Assembly (NCBI GenBank): GCA_035289605.1
Contig: DATDWR010000022.1
Location: forward strand, 45,295 to 109,294
DNA length: 64,000 nucleotides
Source: Candidatus Nanoarchaeia archaeon
Lineage (GTDB): Archaea; Nanobdellota; Nanobdellia; SCGC-AAA011-G17; GW2011-AR18
Reading direction: 5' to 3'
The translations under genes were made by a program, and so were the position numbers. Shown here piece by piece: positions 55,880-64,000 of the stretch (within the stretch, counting starts at the first letter, position 1; each line of letters begins with the position of its first letter). Under the pieces are notes generated by a model. It worked only from the letters and a program-made list of their open reading frames with translations. It did not search any database and had not been told where the DNA came from.

Positions 55880-57783
55880 CTGATTTTTAGTTCTGGTGGT
55901 TTTTCGTCCTGTCTTTTTTTCATGAAATATATTCCAGCTATTAATATTGCAAATATTACAGGAAGTATATAGTAAAGTATTTTCCTGTCTTTCTCACCCT
56001 CGACATTTGTTATGTTTATTTGCTTTTGTGTTTCAGGTGTTGCCTGTTGTTGTACTTGTTGTGTTGCCTGTTGTGTTGTCTGCTGTTCTTGTGCAGGTTG
56101 TGCTTCAGATTCTGAAGCATTCGCTCCTGTTCCAGCTCCTGCTGTTTCGCTGTTTCCTGTTTTGTAGCTGAAGCTCGAGAAGTGTGAAGCTGCAAAAGAA
56201 AACCTGTTATTCTGGCAGCTCACACTTGTGCATGAAGGTGATGATGTTGAGTTGCAGGGGTTTGACATGTTCAACAATTGATTTCTGCTAGTTGAAAATC
56301 CTTCATAATATACAGGCACTAAATCTGATGCGCATGTTACATTATAGAAATGAATTGTTGCGCTGCTGTTAAATGTTGCATCCAATGCAGTGGTATTAAT
56401 ACTTGCTATTCCCTCGTCAAAATTAATCGAATTGTCAAAATCTTGATTATAAGCATTAACCTTTCTGTCCCATATAATCTTAACCTTAAGGTTGTATAAT
56501 GTAAATTCTGATACATTTTTTAGGTCTTCTGCTTTTGTTAAGTCTGTTGTTCCTGAAAATGCAAACTCTGTTGCTTTTGGATATTTTATTTCAAAGACAA
56601 AGGTCTTTTCATATGAATCTGCTGTCATTGTTGTTAAATTGTTGATTCCAGATAAGGTTAGTTCAACATTGTACGTTGGTGTTGATGTTGTGCTTGCTGA
56701 AATTGTTTTAGATAATAGTTGTGTTAGAGATTTTCCTGAGCTGTCTGTAATTAATGATTTTTCTGTCTTGTTGTTGTAGTTGATATTTATTTTTACGTTG
56801 TTTAGTGGAGAGTTTGTTGAGTTTACTACGCTTATCAGTAACTGTTTGTAAACTAGAGCTTTGTTGTTGTCTGTTATAGAAAGTTTATTAGGATCATAGG
56901 TAGAATTTATTAGTGTAATATTTCCTTCTGCGCTTGGCATTGCCAAGTTGGTTGTTGCAGAGCTAATGTCTGAGTCTGTTATGTAATTGTTGAATGAGTT
57001 TTCATTTTTTAATGCAGTATTCCCGTTTATTTTGGAGTTTATTATTGAGTTGTTTGTTTTTTGCAGGTTGTAAAACACTACTCCATTTTCTGTGTTTTGT
57101 ATATTAACATTGTCTATCATGTTGTTCCCGCTGCTTCCTTCTAATATAATTCCAAATTTTAAATTGTCCATTAAGCTGTCTTTTACAATGTTGCTGTTTG
57201 AGTTTATTACATGGAATGCTGTGCTTTGAGAGTCTGAAAATGTAAAATTAGCAAATGTATTGCTTGATCCTGAAACATTTACTGCAGTATTTTGGTTGCC
57301 TGTATCTGTAATTAAAAAGTTTTTAATGATATTGCTGTTTGATCTTGCCTCCAGTGCAGTGTTTGGTGTTTTTATTATGCAGTTTTTGATAAGATTGTTG
57401 CTTGATTGTATGGCTATAGCAGGGCTTCCAGCACTTATTATGTAATTGTTGCAGTCTAAAGTTAATGAATTATCATTTAGTATTATGCATGCTGTGCTGT
57501 TTGTTTCATTTAGATCAGATGTTAAAGTTAAGCTGTTTGTTATCATTCCAGGGCATAAGTAACTATTCACATTTGATGTTTGGTTGTTTTCTGTCTGGTT
57601 GTTTGCTTGATTGCTTGTCTGGTTTGTTTCAGTTTGGTTCAAGTCCAGAACATCAAACCCTACAATTGGGAAATAGGATAAATTATTAGTTAGATTTTTT
57701 ACATACAAAAACGTCAAGAAAGCTATAGAGAGTACAATTAAGCTGACAATAACTTTAGGGTGCTTTGCTCTTCTCTTCTTCAT
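55876..57783 (-). CDS. Large cell-surface glycoprotein SP4: signal anchor, beta-helix NxT/S repeats, Q/T-rich linker, C-terminal TM anchor
   Basis: 635 aa. N-terminal TM VIVSLIVLSIAFLTFLYV. Many N-x-S/T sequons. Linker QEQQTTQQATQQVQQQATPETQKQ. C-terminal helix YYILPVIFAILIAGIYFM plus a basic tail. Confidence 0.6.
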   Translation of the reverse strand: MKKRRAKHPKVIVSLIVLSIAFLTFLYVKNLTNNLSYFPIVGFDVLDLNQTETNQTSNQANNQTENNQTSNVNSYLCPGMITNSLTLTSDLNETNSTACIILNDNSLTLDCNNYIISAGSPAIAIQSSNNLIKNCIIKTPNTALEARSNSNIIKNFLITDTGNQNTAVNVSGSSNTFANFTFSDSQSTAFHVINSNSNIVKDSLMDNLKFGIILEGSSGNNMIDNVNIQNTENGVVFYNLQKTNNSIINSKINGNTALKNENSFNNYITDSDISSATTNLAMPSAEGNITLINSTYDPNKLSITDNNKALVYKQLLISVVNSTNSPLNNVKININYNNKTEKSLITDSSGKSLTQLLSKTISASTTSTPTYNVELTLSGINNLTTMTADSYEKTFVFEIKYPKATEFAFSGTTDLTKAEDLKNVSEFTLYNLKVKIIWDRKVNAYNQDFDNSINFDEGIASINTTALDATFNSSATIHFYNVTCASDLVPVYYEGFSTSRNQLLNMSNPCNSTSSPSCTSVSCQNNRFSFAASHFSSFSYKTGNSETAGAGTGANASESEAQPAQEQQTTQQATQQVQQQATPETQKQINITNVEGEKDRKILYYILPVIFAILIAGIYFMKKRQDEKPPELKIS

Positions 57784-57832
57784 TTAGTGTTAAAAACAAC
57801 TAAACTAGTAAATAAATTTATCTGTTTAACAT

Positions 57833-58804
57833 TTGGAAAATTTTAAAAATGAAAACATACTATTAAAATATATGAATAATGATAAGCTTTTCTTTATTAT
57901 AACCTTGTTCCTTTTGGTATTGTCTGTTTCAACTTTAGGTGTTTATACTTCTAATACTGTTAAGGACATTAAGGAGGATTATAACTCTAAGATTATACAG
58001 AATAAGCAGGATTATGAAAATAAGCTTTCTACATTTCAGAAGGATTTTGATTTAAAGCTGAACAGTCTCTCAAAAGAACTGAATTATTCTACAAAGAATT
58101 TGAATACAAAGCTTGATAGTACACAGCAGAAGTTTAGTGAAAATATTGATACTTTAGGTTCAGAAATAAATAAGGTAAAGGAAGAATCTTCTACAAAAAT
58201 AGCAGATTTGCAGAAAGAATTACTTAATATAAACATCAAAAGCCAGGATTTCACTTCTGTAATAAATGATGTGATTAAGTCTGTTGTTAGCATTAAGACT
58301 GAGAATTCTGTTGGTTCCGGCTTCATAGTTGATTCAAGAGGATATATAGTTACTAATTATCATGTTATTCAAGACAAGAATAGTTTGAATGTTATGGGTG
58401 TGGATGGCTCTACTCGTAGTGCAAGGGTTGTTGGTTTTGATGGTAGTGCAGATATTGCTGTGCTCAAGATAGAAGGAACTTATGATAAGCTTGATTTTGC
58501 AGACTCAAATAGTATTGCTATTGGTGAGAAGGTTATTGCTTTGGGCAGCCCTGCTGGCTTTGATTTTAGTGTTACTGAAGGTATTGTTAGCGCAACCAAT
58601 CGTGTATCCAATGGTATAAAATACATTCAGACTGATGTTCCTATTAATCCTGGAAATTCCGGAGGTCCTTTGGTCAATAAGGCAGGCTTAGTTGTTGGTG
58701 TTAATACTTTAAAGATTTCTGGTTTTGAAGGTATTGGTTTTGCTATTGCTTCCAATGACGTGAAAGTTATTGCTGACAGGTTAATTTCTCAGGATTCTAG
58801 CTAG
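57833..58804 (+). CDS. Membrane-anchored trypsin-like serine protease (HtrA/S1C core, no obvious PDZ)
   Basis: 323 aa. TM near the N-terminus, a coiled-coil region, then …GSGFIVDSRGYIVTNYHVI… and …GNSGGPLVN… forming the catalytic triad context. Confidence 0.75.
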   Translation: MENFKNENILLKYMNNDKLFFIITLFLLVLSVSTLGVYTSNTVKDIKEDYNSKIIQNKQDYENKLSTFQKDFDLKLNSLSKELNYSTKNLNTKLDSTQQKFSENIDTLGSEINKVKEESSTKIADLQKELLNINIKSQDFTSVINDVIKSVVSIKTENSVGSGFIVDSRGYIVTNYHVIQDKNSLNVMGVDGSTRSARVVGFDGSADIAVLKIEGTYDKLDFADSNSIAIGEKVIALGSPAGFDFSVTEGIVSATNRVSNGIKYIQTDVPINPGNSGGPLVNKAGLVVGVNTLKISGFEGIGFAIASNDVKVIADRLISQDSS

Positions 58805-58805
58805 T

Positions 58806-59159
58806 TTAATCATGCTTAGCATCAACTTCAACCTCCACTTGTCTTTTTTCATAAAGTTCTGTTACTCTTCTACTTAAATCATCCAGATGGGTTAAATCAG
58901 AAGCTAATTCTACATTAACATCTAATACACCTTCATAACCTCCTGGATTTTTTTCTGTTTTAACGCCTACAACTGCGGTAATACCGCTTCTGTGGTAGAC
59001 CCTAGAAACATAATATTGTTGCCCAAACAAGTCAACAATGAATGGACCAGCAACTTGTCTCATATTTTGTCTGAAAAAAGACAATACAGCTTCTTTTAAA
59101 ATGGAATAATTTAGTGCTGCAGGTTCTTTGATCCTGAAACTAACAGTTTTAACATTCAT
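58806..59159 (-). CDS. Hypothetical protein downstream of rps10
   Basis: 117-aa ORF, no motif recognised. Confidence 0.3.
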   Translation of the reverse strand: MNVKTVSFRIKEPAALNYSILKEAVLSFFRQNMRQVAGPFIVDLFGQQYYVSRVYHRSGITAVVGVKTEKNPGGYEGVLDVNVELASDLTHLDDLSRRVTELYEKRQVEVEVDAKHD

Positions 59160-59185
59160 TATTTTAGCCCAAGTCCTGTAATGTT

Positions 59186-59497
59186 TTACCTCTCTAGTAA
59201 ATTTATTTCTATATTAACGCCTTTAGGCAGTGGAACTCTCATTATCAGCCTTAACGCCCTCTCATCAACCCCTAAATCAATTAGTCTTTTATGGACTCTC
59301 ATCTCAAACCTGTCAAAGCTTGCTTTTCCATCTCCGCATGGTGTTTTTCTTGTTGTTATTTTTAGTCTTTTTGTAGGGAAGGGTATTGGTCCTTTTATTA
59401 TTGTGTTAGTTTTCTTTGCTATGTCTACTATTGAATTTAGTACATCATTCAGCTTGTCCATTTCTGCGCTTGCTAGTTTTATTCTTGCTGTCTGCAT
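59186..59497 (-). CDS. rps10: 30S ribosomal protein S10
   Basis: 103 aa. …GPIPFPTKRLKITTRKTPCGDGKASFDRFEMRVHKRLIDL… is strongly S10-like. Confidence 0.85.
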   Translation of the reverse strand: MQTARIKLASAEMDKLNDVLNSIVDIAKKTNTIIKGPIPFPTKRLKITTRKTPCGDGKASFDRFEMRVHKRLIDLGVDERALRLIMRVPLPKGVNIEINLLER

Positions 59498-59570
59498 ATT
59501 GTTGAGAATTAATTGTAGTTTTATAAAGGTTTCTAATTATTCCAGTATCTCCGAATGAACTTATTTAGTG

Positions 59571-59592
59571 AGATTCAGCTTCGGCTGAATCT
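59571..59592. other. Perfect hairpin, 9-bp stem with UUCG tetraloop (AGATTCAGC-TTCG-GCTGAATCT)
   Basis: Lies between the transposase gene 3' end and the rps10 start. Followed on the plus strand by GGTTTTTG. Confidence 0.4.
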
Positions 59593-59603
59593 AGGCACAA
59601 ACC

Positions 59604-60740
59604 AGTGGTTTTTGCATTTTCCTTTCAGATGAAGCTTAGCTTCTGCTTATTTTAATACTAATTTCCCCTCAGTTTAATAGAGCTCCCGCTATTCCCCTAA
59701 TCAGCAAGAGTCATTGTTGAATGTTTTTTCAAGTTGTTTGTAAGTTTCTCTTACAAATTTTTTGAAAGTGATTTCTGTTTTATGATATAGATTCCATGCA
59801 AGTAAAAGCAACATAGAGATTGTGAAGTAAAACATTCTTATTACTGGATTAGTGCTTTTACTTTTTATTTTTGCTTCATCATGAACACGAAACATTGTTT
59901 CTATGTTCCATCGTTTCTTGTATAAAGAAACATATTTTCTTGCTTCCTGCAAGAAAATGTTTGAAGCAAAAACCCAGTCATGTTCTTTGAAGTTTTTTAT
60001 TAATGTAATATTTGTTTGTGCTTTATGTTTGCTTTTGTTTTTTGAATACTTTACTCTATATTCTATTACTGCTTGTTTTTCTACTGATTCAAGCATTGGC
60101 TTGAATGCTTTATTTTTTGGAACAAAAATAAGATAGTTTGCATTTTTCATTTGCAAAGTGCCTATTATGTCTCCTGAATAAAATCCTCGATCGAAAAGTA
60201 AGCAACTGAATTTTATTCCAATGTTGTTTGCATAGCCTATTGCTTTTCCTAAGTATTCTGTCTTGAAAGCTCCTACAGGCAGAATACTTATGTAAAATGG
60301 AATCATCTGATTTCTAAACAAAATTGCCACAACCAGAAACCTGAACTTTCCTACAATTCCTTTTTCTCCAGTCCAGCCATGAATATACAAACTGGAAGTT
60401 TTTCCATAGAAATCTTCTTCAGTTATATCTGCAACTAATTTTACGCAACCAAGTCTTTGTTTGCGTATGAGTTCTTTAGCGAACCTAAAGAACTCGATAG
60501 TTATTGTTTCTGAATAATTTTTATTTATATTCCAATGTAAACTATCTGCTATACATTCATTTATATTTTCTACATAAGTATTTTCTTTGCTAGCTTCAGA
60601 AACCGCAAGTATTACCTCTTCCCTGTTAATACAAAGCTTTTTTAAAAAGCTTTTCACTAATCTCTTCACGTTTGATTCAGAGATTAATCAATGCACAACT
60701 AGTGCATTGATTTTTCTCTAAATTCTGAAGTAGTAAAAAT
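59604..60740 (-). mobile_element. Putative IS element carrying the transposase gene; boundaries approximate
   Basis: Only weak candidate terminal inverted repeats were found: GTGGTTTTTGC… at about 59606 versus GTGATTTTTAC… reverse complement at about 60737. No clear target-site duplication. Confidence 0.3.
59701..60669 (-). CDS. IS4/IS5-superfamily DDE transposase
   Basis: 322 aa. …LLFDRGFYS… and …YKKRWNIETMFRVHDEAKIK… (Y-2-R-3-E-6-K type) are characteristic of IS4-like transposases. Confidence 0.7.
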   Translation of the reverse strand: MKRLVKSFLKKLCINREEVILAVSEASKENTYVENINECIADSLHWNINKNYSETITIEFFRFAKELIRKQRLGCVKLVADITEEDFYGKTSSLYIHGWTGEKGIVGKFRFLVVAILFRNQMIPFYISILPVGAFKTEYLGKAIGYANNIGIKFSCLLFDRGFYSGDIIGTLQMKNANYLIFVPKNKAFKPMLESVEKQAVIEYRVKYSKNKSKHKAQTNITLIKNFKEHDWVFASNIFLQEARKYVSLYKKRWNIETMFRVHDEAKIKSKSTNPVIRMFYFTISMLLLLAWNLYHKTEITFKKFVRETYKQLEKTFNNDSC

Positions 60741-60743
60741 CAC

Positions 60744-61595
60744 TTAGGAGACACTGTGTTTTAGTGCAAGCACTAAAACATAACCAACAAGACACCCTAT
60801 GGTTAGAAAAGGCATTGCAGGATAAAACTTTTTCTTCTCTGCAAGGAAAAATAACAAGGTCAATGCTATTGCTGCAGAAGCAGAAACTATTAAAGCGTAT
60901 TGAAGGCCAAAAATCTTCATAATGACGCCTGAAAAAAGCAGCGGAAATCCAATGTCGCCGCCGCCAAGAATTGCCTGTTCGACAGCTGCTGATTTTGCAG
61001 ATTTCACGTTCTTTGCCTTTATGCTTTTTACAGAATAAGGAACAAAAAGACCTGCAAAAACATTTGACTCAGCCTGGAACTTTGCCAAAGAAACCATGTG
61101 CTTAGTCTTCCAGACAGCAATAAAATCATAAATGGATATCAATACCAAGAGAACTGCTGCAGAAACTACATTAAGGACAGGAACAAAAATTGCAGCAAGG
61201 CCTCCATATATAAAAAGTTCTGTAAAGTTATGCACAATTATTGAAGGCTTGAATATCTTTACAATAGAAAAAATCAAGGCAACAGCAACAGCTACAATCT
61301 CTGGAAGAAACGAATTGAATGATATTGACAATGTTATAAAGACGCTGAGAAAAAACCAAAGCTTCCACAATCTCACAGCCCTGAACTTCAGGAGAAGCAA
61401 AGCAAGAGCAGTAGCCACAATTATAGTCACAAATATTGGAAAATAAGAAGTTTTCTCGTCGAATTCAGGCTTTTGGATGTTCAGTGGAAGGGGCTGCTCA
61501 TCTGGCAGGTAATGCTTTACAATAAATAAGCCAATAACATGAGATGCAAGAAACAAGAATACAAGCAATAAAGTAATCTTAAGATCATGCTTCAT
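60744..61595 (-). CDS. Polytopic membrane protein, possible presenilin/signal-peptide-peptidase-like (A22) intramembrane aspartyl protease
   Basis: 283 aa with about 8 TM helices. …SIYDFIAV… (YD), …LGGGDIGFP… (GxGD) and …YPAMPFL… (PAL-like) lie in successive helices. Confidence 0.45.
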   Translation of the reverse strand: MKHDLKITLLLVFLFLASHVIGLFIVKHYLPDEQPLPLNIQKPEFDEKTSYFPIFVTIIVATALALLLLKFRAVRLWKLWFFLSVFITLSISFNSFLPEIVAVAVALIFSIVKIFKPSIIVHNFTELFIYGGLAAIFVPVLNVVSAAVLLVLISIYDFIAVWKTKHMVSLAKFQAESNVFAGLFVPYSVKSIKAKNVKSAKSAAVEQAILGGGDIGFPLLFSGVIMKIFGLQYALIVSASAAIALTLLFFLAEKKKFYPAMPFLTIGCLVGYVLVLALKHSVS

Positions 61596-61645
61596 AAGTA
61601 TAATCCTTTTCTATGGTTTATTTAAAACTTTGGTCGATTATGAAC

Positions 61646-62329
61646 CTATAAAATTGTGTAAAGCATCCATACTCCAAGTGCAATTAATACTAATCCTATC
61701 AGTAATCTCATCAATCCCTTATGCTTCTGTCTCCACTTTTCAAACTTTTCTGCAGACATTTTCCTATAAACAAGAAGAAGTATCACAACAAGAGGAAGCA
61801 CGAAAATAATATTGTATATTATAAGGAGAAGAACATTTGATATTGTAACACCACTAATTGACATCAGAGCCAAAACAGCAAGGTAAACAGCACCTGTGCA
61901 AGGAAGCTCAACAAGGGCAACAAATACACCCAAGAAAAATGCAGTTGCCGGCCTGTCGCTAACTCCTTTAATATACTTTTTAATTCTTTCAGCCTCTGAA
62001 GGAAATATGCTAAGAGAAAGCCACTTTCCGTAGACAAAAAAGTCCTTAATTTCCAGCAGTCCAGCTATTATTACGATGCCTGCAATCACAATGTATGAAA
62101 TTACAGAGAATGCCCCTAATTTTTGAATTAATGGAAGAAGAATCAAACCTGCAACAAAATAGGTTGTGAAAACTGCGATTATGTAAATCATTCCGTTCAG
62201 AAGCATCTTACTCTTCTTAGAGGACTTAGCCAGATAAGCAAGAAGGAATATCAACACTCCGAATGCGCATGGATTTATTCCGTCTATCAAAGATGCACCA
62301 ACAACTATAGGAAGATTAATGTCAACCAT
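61646..62329 (-). CDS. ccdA: Cytochrome c-type biogenesis / thiol-disulfide transfer membrane protein CcdA (DsbD family)
   Basis: 227 aa, 6 TM. Two conserved Cys in TM1 (…GINPCAFGVL…) and TM4 (…ELPCTGAVY…). Confidence 0.7.
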   Translation of the reverse strand: MVDINLPIVVGASLIDGINPCAFGVLIFLLAYLAKSSKKSKMLLNGMIYIIAVFTTYFVAGLILLPLIQKLGAFSVISYIVIAGIVIIAGLLEIKDFFVYGKWLSLSIFPSEAERIKKYIKGVSDRPATAFFLGVFVALVELPCTGAVYLAVLALMSISGVTISNVLLLIIYNIIFVLPLVVILLLVYRKMSAEKFEKWRQKHKGLMRLLIGLVLIALGVWMLYTIL

Positions 62330-62470
62330 TTAACAGAACTCGCAAACCTTCTTTCTCTTTGACAATTTGAATTTTTTGCAGCATTCATTACAGCAGAACT
62401 TTTTACCTTCGTAACTTATTACTTTAGATTTCAGCAGACTTTTGCATACTTTACAAACATTATTTTTCAT
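62330..62470 (-). CDS. Small Cys-rich zinc-ribbon (TRASH/YHS-like) protein immediately upstream of ccdA
   Basis: 46-aa ORF MKNNVCKVCKSLLKSKVISYEGKKFCCNECCKKFKLSKRKKVCEFC with pattern CxxC-x16-CCxxCC. Not in the ORF track. Stop abuts the ccdA start. Confidence 0.35.
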   Translation of the reverse strand: MKNNVCKVCKSLLKSKVISYEGKKFCCNECCKKFKLSKRKKVCEFC

Positions 62471-62641
62471 TTTGCACCCTTTTTTAGTTTTTCTGGATTT
62501 TAAGTTAAATTGATTATTTATAAATTTTATTGGGAGTTCTTTTCTAAAAATCTTCTTTTATTATTAACTGTATAGTAATAACAAATAGAAAGCTTTATAA
62601 ATCCTCTAGTTGTTTCTAAATAGTTATAAACAGAGAAGAAA

Positions 62642-63427
62642 ATGATAGTAAGAGAAGATCTGCTTAAAAAGCTTAGAAGCACATTTAACCTTAACATTTA
62701 TGAGGTTAAGATATGGACAGCATTGCTCAGCAAGGGATCTGCAACAGCAGGAGAACTAAGCGACATGAGCAATGTACCTAGAAGCAGAAGCTATGACATT
62801 CTAGAAAGCCTTGAAAAGAAGGGATTTATAATCATGAAGCTCGGAAGGCCGATAAAATACCTGGCTGTACCACCACAAGAAATCATAAAAAGAGTAAAGA
62901 AAAGCCTTCAGGAAAAGGCTGAAGAAGAAGTCAAGCTTCTGGAGGATGTACAAAATACAGATGTATTCCAAGAACTAAGCCTGTTATTCAAACACGGAAT
63001 AGAAAGCATAGACCCAAGCTCAATAGCAGGAAGCTTCAAAGGAAGAAAAAATGTATACAACCACATAGCCAACTTAATGTCAAATGCTAAAAAAGAAGTC
63101 ATAATAGTAACAACAGCAGACGGGATTGTGAGAAAAGCTGAATACATGAAGTCGACATTAAGAAAACTAAAAAACAATAAGATTAATATAAAGATTGCAG
63201 CTTCCCTGAAAACTGAAGAGGCGAAAAAAGCAGCAGAAGAATTAAAACAGTATGCTGATGTGATAGACCTTGACTTAAATGCAAGATTTGTCATAGTAGA
63301 CAACAAAGAAATAGTCTTCATGGTAGGCGACAAAGTACATGAAAATGCAGATGTCGGGATATGGGCAACAACACCATTTTTTGCAAATGCTCTAAAATCA
63401 ATGCTGGACAAGGTCTGGGGCAAATAA
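62642..63427 (+). CDS. trmB: TrmB-family transcriptional regulator
   Basis: 261 aa. N-terminal wHTH …LNIYEVKIWTALLSKGSATAGELSDMSNVPRSRSYDILESLEKKGFI… is typical of TrmB. Confidence 0.7.
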   Translation: MIVREDLLKKLRSTFNLNIYEVKIWTALLSKGSATAGELSDMSNVPRSRSYDILESLEKKGFIIMKLGRPIKYLAVPPQEIIKRVKKSLQEKAEEEVKLLEDVQNTDVFQELSLLFKHGIESIDPSSIAGSFKGRKNVYNHIANLMSNAKKEVIIVTTADGIVRKAEYMKSTLRKLKNNKINIKIAASLKTEEAKKAAEELKQYADVIDLDLNARFVIVDNKEIVFMVGDKVHENADVGIWATTPFFANALKSMLDKVWGK

Positions 63428-63428
63428 A

Positions 63429-63755
63429 ATGACAGATGAATTCTATTGTGCAAATCTTGGAGCGAATGGCGGATATGCTTTAGAATTATTTGAATATGGA
63501 CGCAGAAGCGTACTACAACCAGATTTACCATTATCTGAATTGCCTTCTCAAATAGAGGGTCTAATTAGAGGTGGATACACTATTCATTATAACTTGCCAA
63601 CAAGAGAGGATTCTAAAATGAGAAAATGTAATCCTAAAAAATTTGATGCGGATGAACTTAGAGTAATATTACAAGGCCTTAGAGATCCCAAAGCAATAAT
63701 AGACTGCAAAAAAGCATTATATGAAATGGCTTTTGAAAGCGGTTCTGAAGGATAA
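63429..63755 (+). CDS. Hypothetical protein
   Basis: 108-aa ORF with a 2-nt gap after trmB. No motif. Confidence 0.3.
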   Translation: MTDEFYCANLGANGGYALELFEYGRRSVLQPDLPLSELPSQIEGLIRGGYTIHYNLPTREDSKMRKCNPKKFDADELRVILQGLRDPKAIIDCKKALYEMAFESGSEG

Positions 63756-63789
63756 GATATTTAAACCAACTATTTTCTAATATACTTGA

Positions 63790-64000
63790 TGCATGACATA
63801 AAAAAGATAGTGAGACAATTACATCCTTTAGAAAGGAAAATACTGCCATTCTTAAAATCTTACAACACCTTAATTCAAATAACAAAAAATTCAGGAATGC
63901 AAGAAATAGAAGCTATAAGAGCACTACAATGGCTTGAAGCAAAAGGTATAGTAAAAACAGAGCAAATTGCGGTTAATGTTGCAAGGCCAACCAGCACGGG
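63790..64000 (+). CDS. pheS: Phenylalanyl-tRNA synthetase alpha subunit, N-terminal part (runs off window)
   Basis: MHDIKKIVRQLHPLERKILPFLKSYNTLIQITKNSGMQEIEAIRALQWLEAKGIVK… resembles the archaeal PheS N-terminal winged-helix region. Confidence 0.45.

Noticed and set aside
60682-60704. Palindrome TCAATGCACaactaGTGCATTGA just upstream of the transposase start
   Set aside because: It could be a transposase-binding site or the IS end. Without a second copy or a matching sequence at the other end it cannot be interpreted. Folded into the IS finding.
59604-60740. Terminal inverted repeats and target-site duplication for the IS element
   Set aside because: Only a weak 13/18 match (GTGGTTTTTGC… versus GTGATTTTTAC… reverse complement) and a GATTCAG direct repeat were found. 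This is insufficient to define the ends, so the boundaries are left approximate.

Overview
AT-rich (about 30% GC) archaeal chromosomal segment. It is probably from a small-genome, DPANN-like archaeon. The evidence: an exosome/proteasome/RNase P superoperon, a thermosome, archaeal-type aminoacyl-tRNA synthetases, RpoN, an intron-containing tRNA, and four giant surface proteins dense in N-glycosylation sequons. Housekeeping genes are clear: Rrp41 (partial), Rrp4, SBDS, PsmA, Pop5, Rpp30, UppS, ScpA, RNase HII, EndoV, RpoN, TyrRS, GluRS, AlaRS, CysRS, thermosome, M17 aminopeptidase, S10 and PheS (partial). Accessory content: VapBC-type and Doc/Fic-type toxin-antitoxin loci, a free-standing LAGLIDADG homing endonuclease, an IS4-like transposase beside rps10, and a nitroreductase-methyltransferase/GT2 cluster. 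The most interesting signal is a twice-occurring two-gene module. A small protein with tandem sigma-70-region-4-like HTH repeats is translationally coupled to a giant glycosylated beta-helix/LamG surface protein. Each copy is preceded by an array of TAC(T/G)TA-N5-TAAGTA inverted-repeat operators. One copy sits inside the otherwise conserved Rpp30-Pop5-PsmA superoperon. Other points: an 80-nt 5' leader shared by two unrelated ORFs, a GC-rich structured RNA candidate (RNase P RNA-like motifs) next to the homing endonuclease, and a frameshifted Doc toxin.
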